Source of the DNA: the human T2T-CHM13v2.0 reference genome, Homo sapiens
DNA: 64,000 nucleotides
NCBI RefSeq assembly: GCF_009914755.1
Contig: NC_060940.1
Reading direction: 5' to 3' (one strand)
Shown: piece by piece, positions 31,889 through 64,000 of the stretch
How positions within the stretch are numbered: position 1 is the first letter of the stretch
Layout: each line of letters opens with the position of its first letter
Position numbers and translations under genes: made by a program
Notes under the pieces: model-generated
The model's database searches: none
Seen by the model: only the letters and a program-made list of their open reading frames with translations
Told to the model about the DNA's origin: nothing

Positions 31889-33519
31889 CTAGCACCTGGC
31901 CTGGGACCCTGTAAGGATGAGAGCATCCTCAGGCAGCTGAGCGGTCCTGGCCGGCCGGGCTGGGCTGAGTGCTTTCTATCAACAGGCTCAGTAAATCCCG
32001 CAACAGAACAGGGACTAGAGCCCATCCCTTGCCAGTTTCCCACTGCGCTTGGAATATAATCCACGGGGGCTTGTGGGTGTGTCCGTGCTGCCCTCTGCGC
32101 CCTGTAGCGCAGCCAGCCTGTTCCTCCCTCAGCCTTTGCACCTACTCTGCTGGTGTCTGGAGCGCTTCATCCTCAGCAATCCCGGCTGCTTCTTTCTCAC
32201 TCCTCTGGCTCAATGTCATCTCCTGGGAGAGGTGTGCCCTGAGGATCCTCAGTAAAGTAGCTGTCACCCTCCAGACCCACGGTGTGGACCCCCACCATCT
32301 GAAACTGTCTGTGTCTGTAATTCTTGTGAGTCTCGTGGGTGTCAGGTGGAATTTTTCCTATTTTCCTGGAATTGCAGGCTGGGCCCAAGGCTGAGGACCA
32401 AAGACAGGAGGAGTGCTTCTCTGCTCCACACTCAGGGAGCTGCTGGCAGCTGGGCTGACAGGTGCCACCTCGGAGAACCAGCGCCACCTCACTCCGTGCC
32501 TCTGCAGGGAACTGGAGCCTGGTGGGGAAGCACACTTTAGGTGAAGGCAGTGCAGTGTTCATGGCGAGCAGCGATTCGCTCGGACCCCAGAGGCCACAGG
32601 AAGATGGCTTCCCCCACAGGAGGCACCCTCACAGGGCCCTGCTGGCACTGTCTGCCTTGGGCTGCCTGAACCCGGAGAGAGAGTGGGATAGACTGTTCAT
32701 GGGGTGTCACCCTTATGTCACCTGCACCCCACCCTGTCAGTCCAGAGTGAGGCTCAACCCACAGGGGTTGCTTGGGAACTGTTGCCCGTGAGGAGTTGGG
32801 TGTTATTATCGGCTCCGCTCTGCAGACATGGCAACCGCAGGTTAGGGAAGATGCACGGCTTGTCCGCATTTCAAGCAAACAAGTGGCAGAGCTGGACTTT
32901 GTGGCCAGGCCTGTCTAACTGCAAAGCTGCCCCGTTTCCACAGTAGCCCCTGCCTCCCCTCTCACTCCCTCCCCGGCCACCGCCTCCGGCTCTGCACCTT
33001 TGTCAGGGGTTGGGGGACTGCAGGGAACAGAGGAGGCCTTGTTTGCTGCGTAGGAGCAGGTGCGGCTTATGATGTACAGCAGCAGCCAGCCAGCAGATAG
33101 ACAACAGGGAAAGCCACTCGGCCGTGAAAGCTCACCTCCAGAGTGTGGGCACTCAAGCCCATAAGTGCTCCAGCCTGGGATAGTTTATGTTTTTGATCAG
33201 TTTCCACCTCCCCTTACCTCCTCATCTCAGTTGCCAGTTTAAAGAAAACCTCACTCAGTTGTGAATGCAAGAAAAAGGTTTGGCAGGATATATACCAAAA
33301 TGTGAATAGCGATTATCTGTATGTGGAAGGGGAGTAGGATTAGAGAGGTAATTTAAACAGAACTCTACATTTTTACTCCCTAATTTTGGTACTATTTGAC
33401 TTTTTGTGATTTTTGCATTCAAATATCACCAGCGTAATGAAAGACTTTTTTTTTAACCTAAGGAAACCAATCTGGACCTCGTTTTTATTTATGTATTTAT
33501 TTTTTATTTTTGTTTTCAT

Positions 33520-34270
<751 letters not shown>

Positions 34271-34949
34271 GGACCTGGTTTTTATAGATGCCTTAAGTGG
34301 GTTGTTGCCTTGTGTGCACAGCCCCAGAAATGTCGTGCGCTCTTTTTGAGTGAGGGTTTGGGGAACAAGAAAGAATCCAAGGGCTCCCTCGGGTCTTTTG
34401 CACACATCCTTGGCTCGGGGGTCCCTGTGAGTCCAGCACGTCGCCGGACCATTCGCGGCAGTAAACACAACTTGGGATCTGCATCTCCCTAAGGGAACTT
34501 CGCAAGGTGCACCCACAGCTTTTACTGTTTCCAGTTTAATATTCAACCTGAATCTGGGGCCAGCCGAGTGGAGGCTGGTGCTGCTCTGCCCAGCTCCTGT
34601 TCTGTTTAGAAACATGTTTATTGCCTTAAGAAGGAGCCAGTTCTTTCACCCAAACAGGATGGGCCTGGAGTTCCTCCAGAGGCTAGTGGGCCCATAGCAG
34701 GGAAGGAGGGATGTAAGCTGTGGATAACCGACCGACACGTGTAAGATTGTGCAGTGTGACCCAGGCGTGGCTGTGCGCATGTGAGTGGACCTGTCGGCCT
34801 GACCTTCAGGACCAGGGAAAGGGGGAGCCCTCACTGCCTTCCCTCCCAGGACGAAGCAAACCAATCAATGGTCTTAAGGGTTTCTTTTCTTCTGAGGCCT
34901 AGTCCTGCTGTGGGCAAGGTTTTTCCAGTGGGATACATTAAAATCAACT

Positions 34950-35570
<621 letters not shown>

Positions 35571-36261
35571 AACATGGTAAATTTTATGCTATGTGTATTT
35601 TACCACACACACAAAAACACGTGTCGAGGTGTTTTCCCAAGACAGTGTCTCGCAGACGTACGTTTTACACTATGATTTTTACTTTTCAAGAACTGTTTTA
35701 AAGCAGTATTTGCCTTATAATAGGTAGGTGAATGTTCTAGCTGCAAGAGAAACCGGAGTGGTCTGGTCACTCAACCAAAACCTGCTGAAGCAGACCCCTG
35801 GGGCACACTGGGAACTTCTACCATCCCAGGTGGAAAGGTTAGTCTGATGTGCGTAAGCAAACCTTGCACTTCTGTGCGCAGGACGGTATCCTTGGGCCAG
35901 GGCAGCCACCTGTTGTCCAGAATCCCACAGGGCACGTCTTACCCACTCCTTTTATGTTTGCCTGAGCCCAGGGGTTGCTGTTCTTGGAGAAACACCAACC
36001 ACCCCCACTTGACTTCTGGCCCATTCGGATCCAGAAATGTGCAGTTTTAAAGCTGCAGCACCTTCCATTTAGGTCCCAGCTCTCCCTCTGGAAAATGCCT
36101 GCTCCTCACCAGAGATTCCTCCCTGGAGCACCTGCCTGAAGCATAGCTTTCAAGCTGGTGGTTTTAGAAAGTTAAGAGCCGGCTTCAGAATTCCGACAGG
36201 GTGGGATAGCATAGGCTGTGACTTTCTTAGCACACACAGCTGGTTAAAGAGAACTGGGAAC

Positions 36262-38080
<1,819 letters not shown>

Positions 38081-38171
38081 AACTACACCACATTTGAAAA
38101 AATACGTTCTTTAAAATGTGAACCTTGAAACACAGATGCTAAAAGTGTTTTTTTAATCCTGCAGGGTGTGA

Positions 38172-47865
<9,694 letters not shown>

Positions 47866-48204
47866 GGTCACTGTGAAATAACTTGCTATGAGAAGGCTTA
47901 GAGGGATGGGAAGTCCTGGACGCCTCTTCTCCAGGGTGTTGGAGGAGAGAGGGAGGCGCTAGGTTGACAAGACCGCATCTGCGCATTGTGGTCACCAGCG
48001 AGTCTCTCCACTGAGGCGACAGGTACATGTCTGTCGCATTTGCAGCCGTGGCCGGTGAGAACGGCAGCATTCCCTGATCCGTCTTGTTTTCTTTTGTTCC
48101 TAGTGCCTGCTGTGTGGACAGCTACACTCAGCAAAGTCTTAGGGAGACTTAGAGGAGTCACCATGAAGAATCAGTGTCAGACGTTTCATCAGGAATCCCT
48201 GTCA

Positions 48205-49098
<894 letters not shown>

Positions 49099-50189
49099 AC
49101 GTCTTTTTAGTACCTTGTGTTTAATTGTGGATCGGTATAATACAAAGAAAAATAGAATGCCTTTTTTCTTTTGAGCCCTGCACAGATGCCCCCTCCCTGT
49201 CCAGTTCCTCCAGTGAGACCGAGGCTGCTGGGGGCCCTCCCTGCAGCTGCTGTGGAGCCTCTGCCTGCCGTCACGTGAGCTGCCTCTGCCCACTCTATGC
49301 TCCTGGGTTCCTCTTCCCCAGACTGGCCACGGGGGTGGCCCCTTCCTGCCAAGCCCTCTTTCTTTGCTCCTCTGAACACCTTCCTTCAGTACCTTCAGGG
49401 GACTGTTGGGGCAGCACCTGTCCCGGGTCTGAGAGGCCTCCTGGTCTGCTAGCCTGGCAGGAAGCTTGGCCCCCAACACAGCCACAGGCTCTCTGGCACC
49501 AGGTTTCTTTCAGTTCCTCTGAACTGAAAGCCTCTGTTTCCCGGCCTTTGCGCGTGCTATTTGCCACTCCTCATGCCTGGGCCCTAGTGTCCCTCCCAGG
49601 ATTTCCCTGAGCTCCCCGCTGAGGCCGGGTCCGCGTTCTAGCTTCACAGCACCTGAGACAGGTGTTGGCTGGTCTCCCCACCCCCTGTCCTAAAGACTGT
49701 CAGTCTCAAGGGGCAGGAGTGCCTAGCACTGCAGAATGAACTGAAGCCCCTGTGGGTTGGTGTGCGCTGCTGCTGTGCGTCCAGGGTGATCAGAGATTCT
49801 CCAGGTGTGCTCCTGGGGCCTGTGGTGGCGGGACACCCCCTTCCCACACCCGCCACGCTCCCTGCAGTAACTCTTGCACTTACTGTAAGTGCTCGGACTG
49901 TCTTGTGCTTGACATTAGGACACACACTCAGGCCAGAATTGGGCAAGATTGTCCCTGAGCGGGGCGTGCAGAGCGCTCTGGCCTGGGAGGTGGGGCGCAG
50001 GGCTGCTTCCTCCTGCAGGCCAGCTCACTGTGGGGCTGGTGTCTGCCCAGAGCTTGGCCAGGCAGTGCCGCCCCCTCCCTTCCTGCCGCCTCTACCAGCA
50101 GCCTTCCCTCAGGCTGCTTTCCGGGCCTAGTCTGTGGCAGGTGTCCAGGGCACAGTCTTCCCTCTAGCCTGCCATGAAACTGTTTCATT

Positions 50190-50841
<652 letters not shown>

Positions 50842-52728
50842 TAGGAACCACACTTCTGGTGCGGCATTGGCTGTACCGTTGGGGACGCTACTGCTCCCTG
50901 GTAGGCTGCCAGGTCTTGAGGGTAGGGACTCTAACTTGTCTTTGTCTGGCAGGGGCCTCACTCAGCACCTGGCACAATAGTAGGTGCTCAGGGAACTGAA
51001 TGAATGGATCAGGGTCTGAGGCGGGCAAGGGCTGCGGCGGTGAGCCCTGACCCCCTGGGTGGAGTGTGAGGAGGCCGTGTTGGCCTTCAGGGTGCACCCT
51101 GAAACCAGACATGGGGTCCAGGCTGCCTAGGGCTGAGCGTTTATCTGACACCCGTTCTGAAAAACCTGGTCGTGGTGCAGGTGCAGCCCCCGGCCCTGGT
51201 CATTTGGAAGTTTGTGTCCAAAAAAACCCAATGGCTACTATAGCACCTGTGAGCCAATGGGGTCCTCCACCTGCCCACCTGCCTGCAGAAGAAACGCCGA
51301 ACACTGCTGCCTAGTGGTCAGGGCCGGCTGGACTCCCTGCCCACCCCACTGGGTCCTCAAAGAGGAGGGCCCACTCAGGCCCTTTTCCATCAACCCTGAA
51401 AGCTTGGGGTGAGCGAGAAGGGGGAGCTGCCCTGTCCTTGGGGTCATTGCAGTCGTCTGCCTCCAACCTCTTGCCCCCTCAGTGCCTGCTGTCCAGCGGG
51501 AGCAGCTCAGGGCTCCACCTCCCCTGCCGCCCTCGACTTTGGGGAGCCTCCTTGCACCAAGCAGCTTGTACGGTGCCGAGTCCTACTTGCACCACGTTGT
51601 CTTTACCTCTGGCATTTTATTTTATTTAAACATGGGAGGCAGAGCTTGCGGTGAGCTGAGATTGCGCCACTGCAATCCAGCCTGGGTGACAGAGTGAGAC
51701 TCCATCTCAAAAACAAAAAACAAAAAACAAAAAACTTCACTGTATCATTGTTTAAGCCTTAACTTTTAATGATAAGAAAATAAAGCACCTTTGGTCATAC
51801 CCCTGATGGTACACCTGTGTTCTTGGCCCATTTCCTCCGGCCCTGCTGGGGCCACACATGGCTCTCCTGGAAGCAGGTCAAGAGTGCCCAGTGCCATCTC
51901 CCAGCATTGTGCCCCTCTGGGTGTGTCCTCAGGGCAACTCAGAAGGATAGCTGTCTCCAGGAGCAGGTGCCTGCAGGGACACTGTCATCTGCAGATGAGG
52001 CTGCCCCCCAGCCCTTTGTGATGGCTTCTTCCGGAGAAGTTGATCTCCCCAGTCACTCTTGGGACTTTATTCCTTGTCTCTTTATCCCCATCCTCCCCTA
52101 CCCTTGCCGGGGTCTCTGCAAAATGCTGCTGGTCCCTCCTGCAGAAGCCCACCCTACATTTCTCTACGGCTTCTGTTGGGGTCTCTGACCTGAGTTTCTC
52201 AAAGCCCCTCCCCCAGTTCCTGGAAATCCCCGCTGCTGTAGCAGTGACAGGCCAGGGGCTCGTGACTTGTGGTTTCACGCCAGGGGGGACGTAGCTGTGA
52301 GGGAGGAGAGAGATGTGTGTCCCTGGCCATCCCCACCCCAGAGTCCACTCCACCCTGGGGTCCTGCCCGGTGCTGGGAGACCAAGGAGAAGGAGATCTGG
52401 GTCCTTCCTAGACCTGTCACTGGTCATCAGTCATCTGTGGAGCCCACCACAGAGGCAGGCCCTGGAGCTCCAGTTTCAGGTTCCCTTGGCAGCTGCTAGC
52501 TGGATGCCTGGCAAGGCTCTTAACCTTCTGAGGCCTGTTTCGCTGACCAGAAAATGAGGGTCACGGTGAGAGTGAGGGGTGACGGTGCCCAGACAGGGCC
52601 TGGCCCACCCTGGTGCTCAGGAAATCTCTCCTGTGTGTGTCTGGCACCCTACCAGGTCAAGGACACAGAAAAAGAGTCACAGCGACCCTCAGTGGGGGAG
52701 GCAGTGAGCGGAAAAAAAAAATCACAGA

Positions 52729-53420
<692 letters not shown>

Positions 53421-56233
53421 GCACCCCGCCAACTGAGGTGCATTTCTTAAGTAGGGAGTGAGGAAGAGAGTTGGTGCAGACACAGGTGATGCAGACACGT
53501 TGGGGGGCTGGTGATGAGAAGCGGGAGGGGACCAGGGAGGGCTCTTGAGGGGCCGAAGGATTCCAGGATGGAAAGTGCCCTTTGGAAAGAACCTGTGGCT
53601 TTAAGGTGAAGACTCGGTTGATTGGGGGTAGGCGATGAGAAGACCTAGGCCAGGCAGCGGCAGGGGCAGGGGCGCGGGCGCGGACACAAGCTGGGGAGGC
53701 AGGATCTCGGGATCCTGAGTAATACAGAGTGGGGAGGGAGCAGTGGCGTGACGTCAGGCTGCGGGGGGATGGGCGTGCCTTCTGCGGGAATGGAAATAGC
53801 CCAGTGGAAGGTGGTGGTGAAGGGGTGGGGGCGAGCTCAGCTTCAGACACGCCAGCTTGAAGTGTCAGGAGCCACACTGGAGACCCGGTGTGACCTCTCA
53901 CACTAGAACTTAGGCAGAAAATGAATGGGTAAGAGGCCAGTGAGCACAGCTGACCCACTCCCTGCTCCTGCAAGAGGGAAGTCTCTCCACGTCCCCATGT
54001 CCCCAGTCCTGGTGTTTCAGCCACAATGGAGTTAGGTGCTCTTTGCCCACCCTACAATGTTTTGTTTGAGACGAGGTCTCACTTTGTTGCCCAGGCTGGT
54101 CTTAAACTCCTGGGATCAAGCAATCCTCCTGCCTCGGCCTCCCACAGTGCTGGGATTACAGGCGGGAGCCACCGTGCCCAGCCCACCCCTGAGCTTGGAC
54201 TGTGCTGTTTCTCCATGGTGGGCTGCTCTGCGCCACCTTTCCTTGGTCTGAATTCGGCCCCAGGCACAGCCTTCCTGGCCTAGGCTTTCCTGGAGGGCTT
54301 GGAGTTATGGGGGCAGGCACTGGTGTTGCTCTCACTCAGAGGGCGGTCGGGGCTGGAATGGTGCAGGTGAGGGACAAGACGGCGTAAGATGGGGGACAAA
54401 GCCAGGGAAAGGATGGGATCAAGCAGGGGAAGGGCAGAGCTAGGGGTAGCCCTGGGTATGCCAGGACCTGCAGCAAAATTGGGGCTACAGGGCCTTGTGA
54501 CTCCAGGAAGAATGAGGGCGTCTGAGATTTAGGAAGTCCGCAGGAGAGAGGAGAGTGTGTGGAGAGGGTGGCAGGCCACGCAGCACAGAGGTCCACTTGG
54601 ACAGCCTGACAGATGTCCTTCTGCTTAGAGAAATGGCGGTCACCAGTGACCTTGGCAAGGGCAAGGAGCTGGAGAGGGAAGGGCAGGTGAGGAGGTGGAG
54701 ACAGAGTGAAGATTCGTCTTCTCAGAAACAAGGGCCGGGCAAGAAAGAGGGAGGAGCAGAAAGGGCCTCTGGCCGTATCTGTTGCCTCCTCTCCTTTGAA
54801 CCAGGACAGACTTAGGGACTTTCACGGGCTGCAAGTTCCAAGAGTGGCAGACCCAGGCTAGCCTGGGGAAGGGGCTTGAGGGAGGCTCCTGCTGGGGAAG
54901 GTGGGGCTGAGTCCAGCAGGAGGGCCAGACCAGGGGCCATGACCCCATTGCCTACATAGAGAAGGTGATGAGCCAGCATCCAGGCTACTCAGGGAGAGCT
55001 CTAACCCAGGATGAGGCCTTAGAGCTCAAAGGACACTCAGGCCTGGTGGCAGCTGCCCAGGGCCCCTGAAAGGGGGAATGGAGATCAGGCAGAGGGGGTG
55101 CCAGGGACTGCCACACAGGATCAGTAGGGCAGCGCCAGCCCTGGCTGGGCTGCTTTCACGGCTGCGGGAACCGCTCCAACTGCTCCAGAAAGACAGAAAG
55201 ATGGCCCTGAAGGTGCAGGCTTTGCGTGAGTGGGTGGCTGCAAGGACAGGTGGGAGGACCAGGACGCCAGAACGTGCAGAGCCCGGGGGGCCTCCAGAGG
55301 TCGCAGTTCCGACAGGGCTTCCACCAGTCATGCCTACATCTTGAGGGGCAGAGACACACCCCACTAATGTTTGGGTCCCTGATGCAAAGGCAGAGACAGG
55401 TGCGGGGAGGGGGTCCTTTTTCTCCGAAGCGAGAGGTGAAGTCACCAACTGCTGGGTCAGAGGCAGTAGGTCTGGGTCTGGAGGAGACTGGGGACAGGGT
55501 GGAGGGAGGTGACCGCAGCCACGGGCTGGGACTTCACAGGTGTGGGCTGGGGGCTTTTCCGGACGCTGTGGCAGAGGAGGCCCGCGCGCCGCACATCTGC
55601 TGGGACCCTTAGCTCGCCCAGGATTGGTAGGGAGATCCTGGAAGACCAGCGCCCGGAGGGGTGAGGCCCCGTCTTGGGGGCAAGGCCGCGAAACCACGGC
55701 CTGCAGCTTCACGCCAGGGGTACAAAGAAAAGCGTCGCCGGGAACCCAACACCTGCAGACGACGCGCAGCCGCAGAGGAGGCGGGGCGTCCGAGGCCCCG
55801 CCCCGTATGCTAATGAAGCACACACCACACCGCCCCGCCCCGGCGCGAGACCGGTCCAACGCTGCGGAGATCCAGAGGCCGGCGGCGCCCGGAAACACCC
55901 GCGGAGGCCGAGGCAGGGCGGGGCCGGGCGCCGGGGCCGGGTCGCTGGGCGGGCGGCACAGCCCGGGGGAGGTCAACGGGCCGGCCGGGCGTCCCGGGGA
56001 CGCGTCTCCCCCACGGTGCGAAGTGGTACGGCTCGCAGGGGCGGGGCCCAGGTCATGTGACGCGGCCGCGGCCGCCATTTTGTTCTGCGGTGCTGGTATT
56101 TAGAGCGCAGCGGCTGACGGGCCGGATCGCCTTCGCCGCCGCCCGCCCGCAAACCTTCGTGCCCGGCCCGTCCTCGCCCCCGCCTCCGCCACCGCCTCGG
56201 CCCGCAGAGCTTGCCCCCTCCCCACCCGCAGAC

Positions 56234-61867
<5,634 letters not shown>

Positions 61868-62320
61868 ACCCTCTCCGAGCCCACCAGCCACAGAATATTA
61901 TGTAAAGACCACCCCTCCTCATTCCAGAACGAACAGCCTGACACATACGCACGGGGCCGCCGCCCCCAGTAGTTGGTCTTGTACATGCGCAGTGTCCTAG
62001 TGCCCATCGTCTGTTTCCCCGGCCTTGCCCCCGCCCGCCCCGTGCCGTGGACATCTGGGCCCACTCATCGCCCCTCCAGGCCCCCGGCGCCCCACCCCCT
62101 AGAGTGCTCTGTGTATGCGGATGATTTAGAATTGTCATTTCTCTTTACTGGATGTTTATTTATAAAGATCTGGCCTGTTCCTGCGTCTGCGGAGCGGCCC
62201 TTGTCTCCCAGCTATCTATAACCTTAGCTAGAGTGTCGCCTTGTGGGTTCCTGTTGCTGAGACTTCCTGGATGGAGCCGCCCTCACCGCCGGGCCCGTGG
62301 CCCTGCGCGGAGCTGTGTCC

Positions 62321-62326
62321 AATAAA
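62321..62326 (+). terminator. ATP6V0C polyadenylation signal
   Basis: AATAAA followed by GT-rich sequence (TGTGTCTG). Confidence 0.85.
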
Positions 62327-62364
62327 GTTCTTGGATGTGACGGGCCTGTGTCTGCTCAGCTTGT

Positions 62365-62580
62365 TGGGGGCGGGGGCGGGCGGGCGGGCGGGCGGGCGCC
62401 GGGCGCTGCCGGTCACGTGGGCTGGCTCGATCACGTGGGCGCGGCGGTCACGTGGCGCGCCGCTTCAGTCAGCTGAAGGTCACGTGGGCGCGGTCTCAGC
62501 TCTCGGCTGGGGTTCGTCACTGGGCGCGGGATTTGGCCGCCGCGGGGCTCCGGAGCCGCTCGCTCCCGACACGGCTCACG
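62365..62580 (+). promoter_or_regulatory. AMDHD2 promoter with four TCACGTG (CLEAR/E-box) sites and a (GGGC)n GC-box run
   Basis: CACGTG at 62414, 62432, 62449 and 62481; GGGC repeats at ~62373-62398. Confidence 0.85.
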
Positions 62581-63245
62581 ATGCGCGGCGAGCAGGGCGC
62601 GGCGGGGGCCCGCGTGCTCCAGTTCACTAACTGCCGGATCCTGCGCGGAGGGAAACTGCTCAGGTGGGCGCGGGCCGGGGACTGCGGGGCTGGGGACCGG
62701 GCGGGGTGCAGGGTGCGGGGCCGGGGACCGGGCGGGGTGCAGGGTGCGGGGCCGGGGACAGGGCGGGGTGCAGGGTGCGGGGCCGGGGACCGGGCGGGGT
62801 GCAGGGTGCGGGGCCGGGGACCGGGCGGGGTGCAGGGTGCGGGGCCGAGGTCAGGCCCGCGATGCGAGCGCCCACCCACTGCGTCCCCAGGGAGGATCTG
62901 TGGGTGCGCGGAGGCCGCATCTTGGACCCAGAGAAGCTGTTCTTTGAGGAGCGGCGCGTGGCCGACGAGCGGCGGGACTGCGGGGGCCGCATCTTGGCTC
63001 CCGGATTCATCGACGTGCAGATCAACGGTGCGGCCCGGGGCCGGCAGGGGAACCCAGGGGAGGAGCTCTGAGCTCCATGCGACACTTCCTTTTCTGTGGC
63101 TGCAGGTGGATTTGGTGTTGACTTCTCTCAAGCCACGGAGGACGTGGGTTCGGGGGTTGCCCTCGTGGCCCGGAGGATCCTGTCGCACGGCGTCACCTCC
63201 TTCTGCCCCACCCTGGTCACTTCCCCACCGGAGGTTTATCACAAG
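62581..63245 (+). CDS. AMDHD2: N-acetylglucosamine-6-phosphate deacetylase, first three coding exons (continues beyond the window)
   Basis: Exons 62581-62663, 62891-63027, 63106-63245 (360 nt). Protein [24 protein letters not shown]...; amidohydrolase motifs [10 protein letters not shown] and [11 protein letters not shown]. Confidence 0.95.
62683..62847. repeat. G-rich VNTR, 31-bp unit TGCGGGGCCGGGGACCGGGCGGGGTGCAGGG x5.3
   Basis: Near-perfect copies filling most of AMDHD2 intron 1. Confidence 0.95.
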
Positions 63246-63903
63246 GTGAGGTGAGGCTCCCTGGCTGAGGTGGAGGGGGCTCCCGGAGCAACCAGCGCCC
63301 TCATTTTCAAACTCACGCCCCACCCCCCACCCCCAGCACGTATTCCATGGTCCTGAGTCTGGCCTCCTTTGATGACCGGATCTGGGCCTGGGTCCCGCCC
63401 CTGTGCTTCTTTATCAGTTGTCGCTCTGCCTGGCCTCCCTAGACCCTCTGTCCTCCGCAGCTGTCTCCACACTGCTGGCTCAGCACCGTCTGAGCCATAG
63501 GCCGTCCCCACCCCCTGCACTGCACTCTGGCTGCCTCCAGGCTTCAGAAACCATCCCCTTAACCAAGGCCGCAGGGGATTCTGTGATTGGCACAGCGATA
63601 GTCCCTGGTCAGGCTCTTCCTCCCTAACCTGTCTGATGTGTGACTCAGTGGAACACGCCTTCCAGAAGAGACTCCCCCTGCTCCTGTACTGCTTGCCCCA
63701 CGCTTCCATTTTCTTTCCTGCCCGGAAGAAATTTGGTTGTCCTTGGTCTTTTTTTATTTTAATTTTTACTTAGGTTCTACAGGGTTAACTTTTTGCTGTA
63801 TGTTACTACTATTCAGGCTCCTCTTGGCTGTACCTGTGCTACTGTTTTTTACTGAACTATTTGAGAGTAGGTTGTATCCAACATGCTTTTTTTTTTTGTT
63901 TAG

Positions 63904-63996
63904 TTTTTTTTTTTTTTTTTTTTGAGACGGAGTCTCGCTCTGTCGCCCAGGCTGGAGTGCAGTGGCACAATCTTGGCTCACTGCAGGCTCCGCCCC
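63904..63996 (-). mobile_element. Antisense Alu, 3' portion at the window edge
   Basis: Poly-T followed by GAGACGGAGTCTCGCTCTGTCGCCCAGG. Confidence 0.9.
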
Positions 63997-64000
63997 CCAG

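Overview
Human (primate) genomic DNA, GC- and Alu-rich, recognisable as the 16p13.3 cluster. All genes are on the + strand. In order: the end of the CCNF 3'UTR; TEDC2 (10 coding exons, 433 aa, with a U12-type intron and the intronic MIR6768 hairpin); NTN3 (6 coding exons, 580 aa); TBC1D24 (non-coding exon 1, ~21-kb intron 1, 559 aa, with an 18-nt microexon and a long 3'UTR); ATP6V0C (155 aa); and the first three coding exons of AMDHD2. For the four complete genes I traced the splice junctions, and the exon lengths sum to intact reading frames. The main discovery candidate is an intact single-exon 113-codon ORF (9942-10283, +) in an orphan CpG island between TEDC2 and NTN3. It aligns motif by motif with TMEM100, a two-transmembrane TRP-channel adaptor of the TMEM100/PIRT family. 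It has CCAAT, CRE, GC-box and E2F-like elements upstream and a repeat-derived poly(A)-signal variant downstream, and I do not recognise it as an annotated human protein-coding gene. Other points of note are phase-compatible readthrough fusions across TBC1D24-ATP6V0C-AMDHD2, CLEAR-box clusters, a strong uORF in TBC1D24 and a tiny poly(A)-tailed hairpin insertion. Gene names and reference proteins are recalled from memory, and repeat boundaries are approximate.
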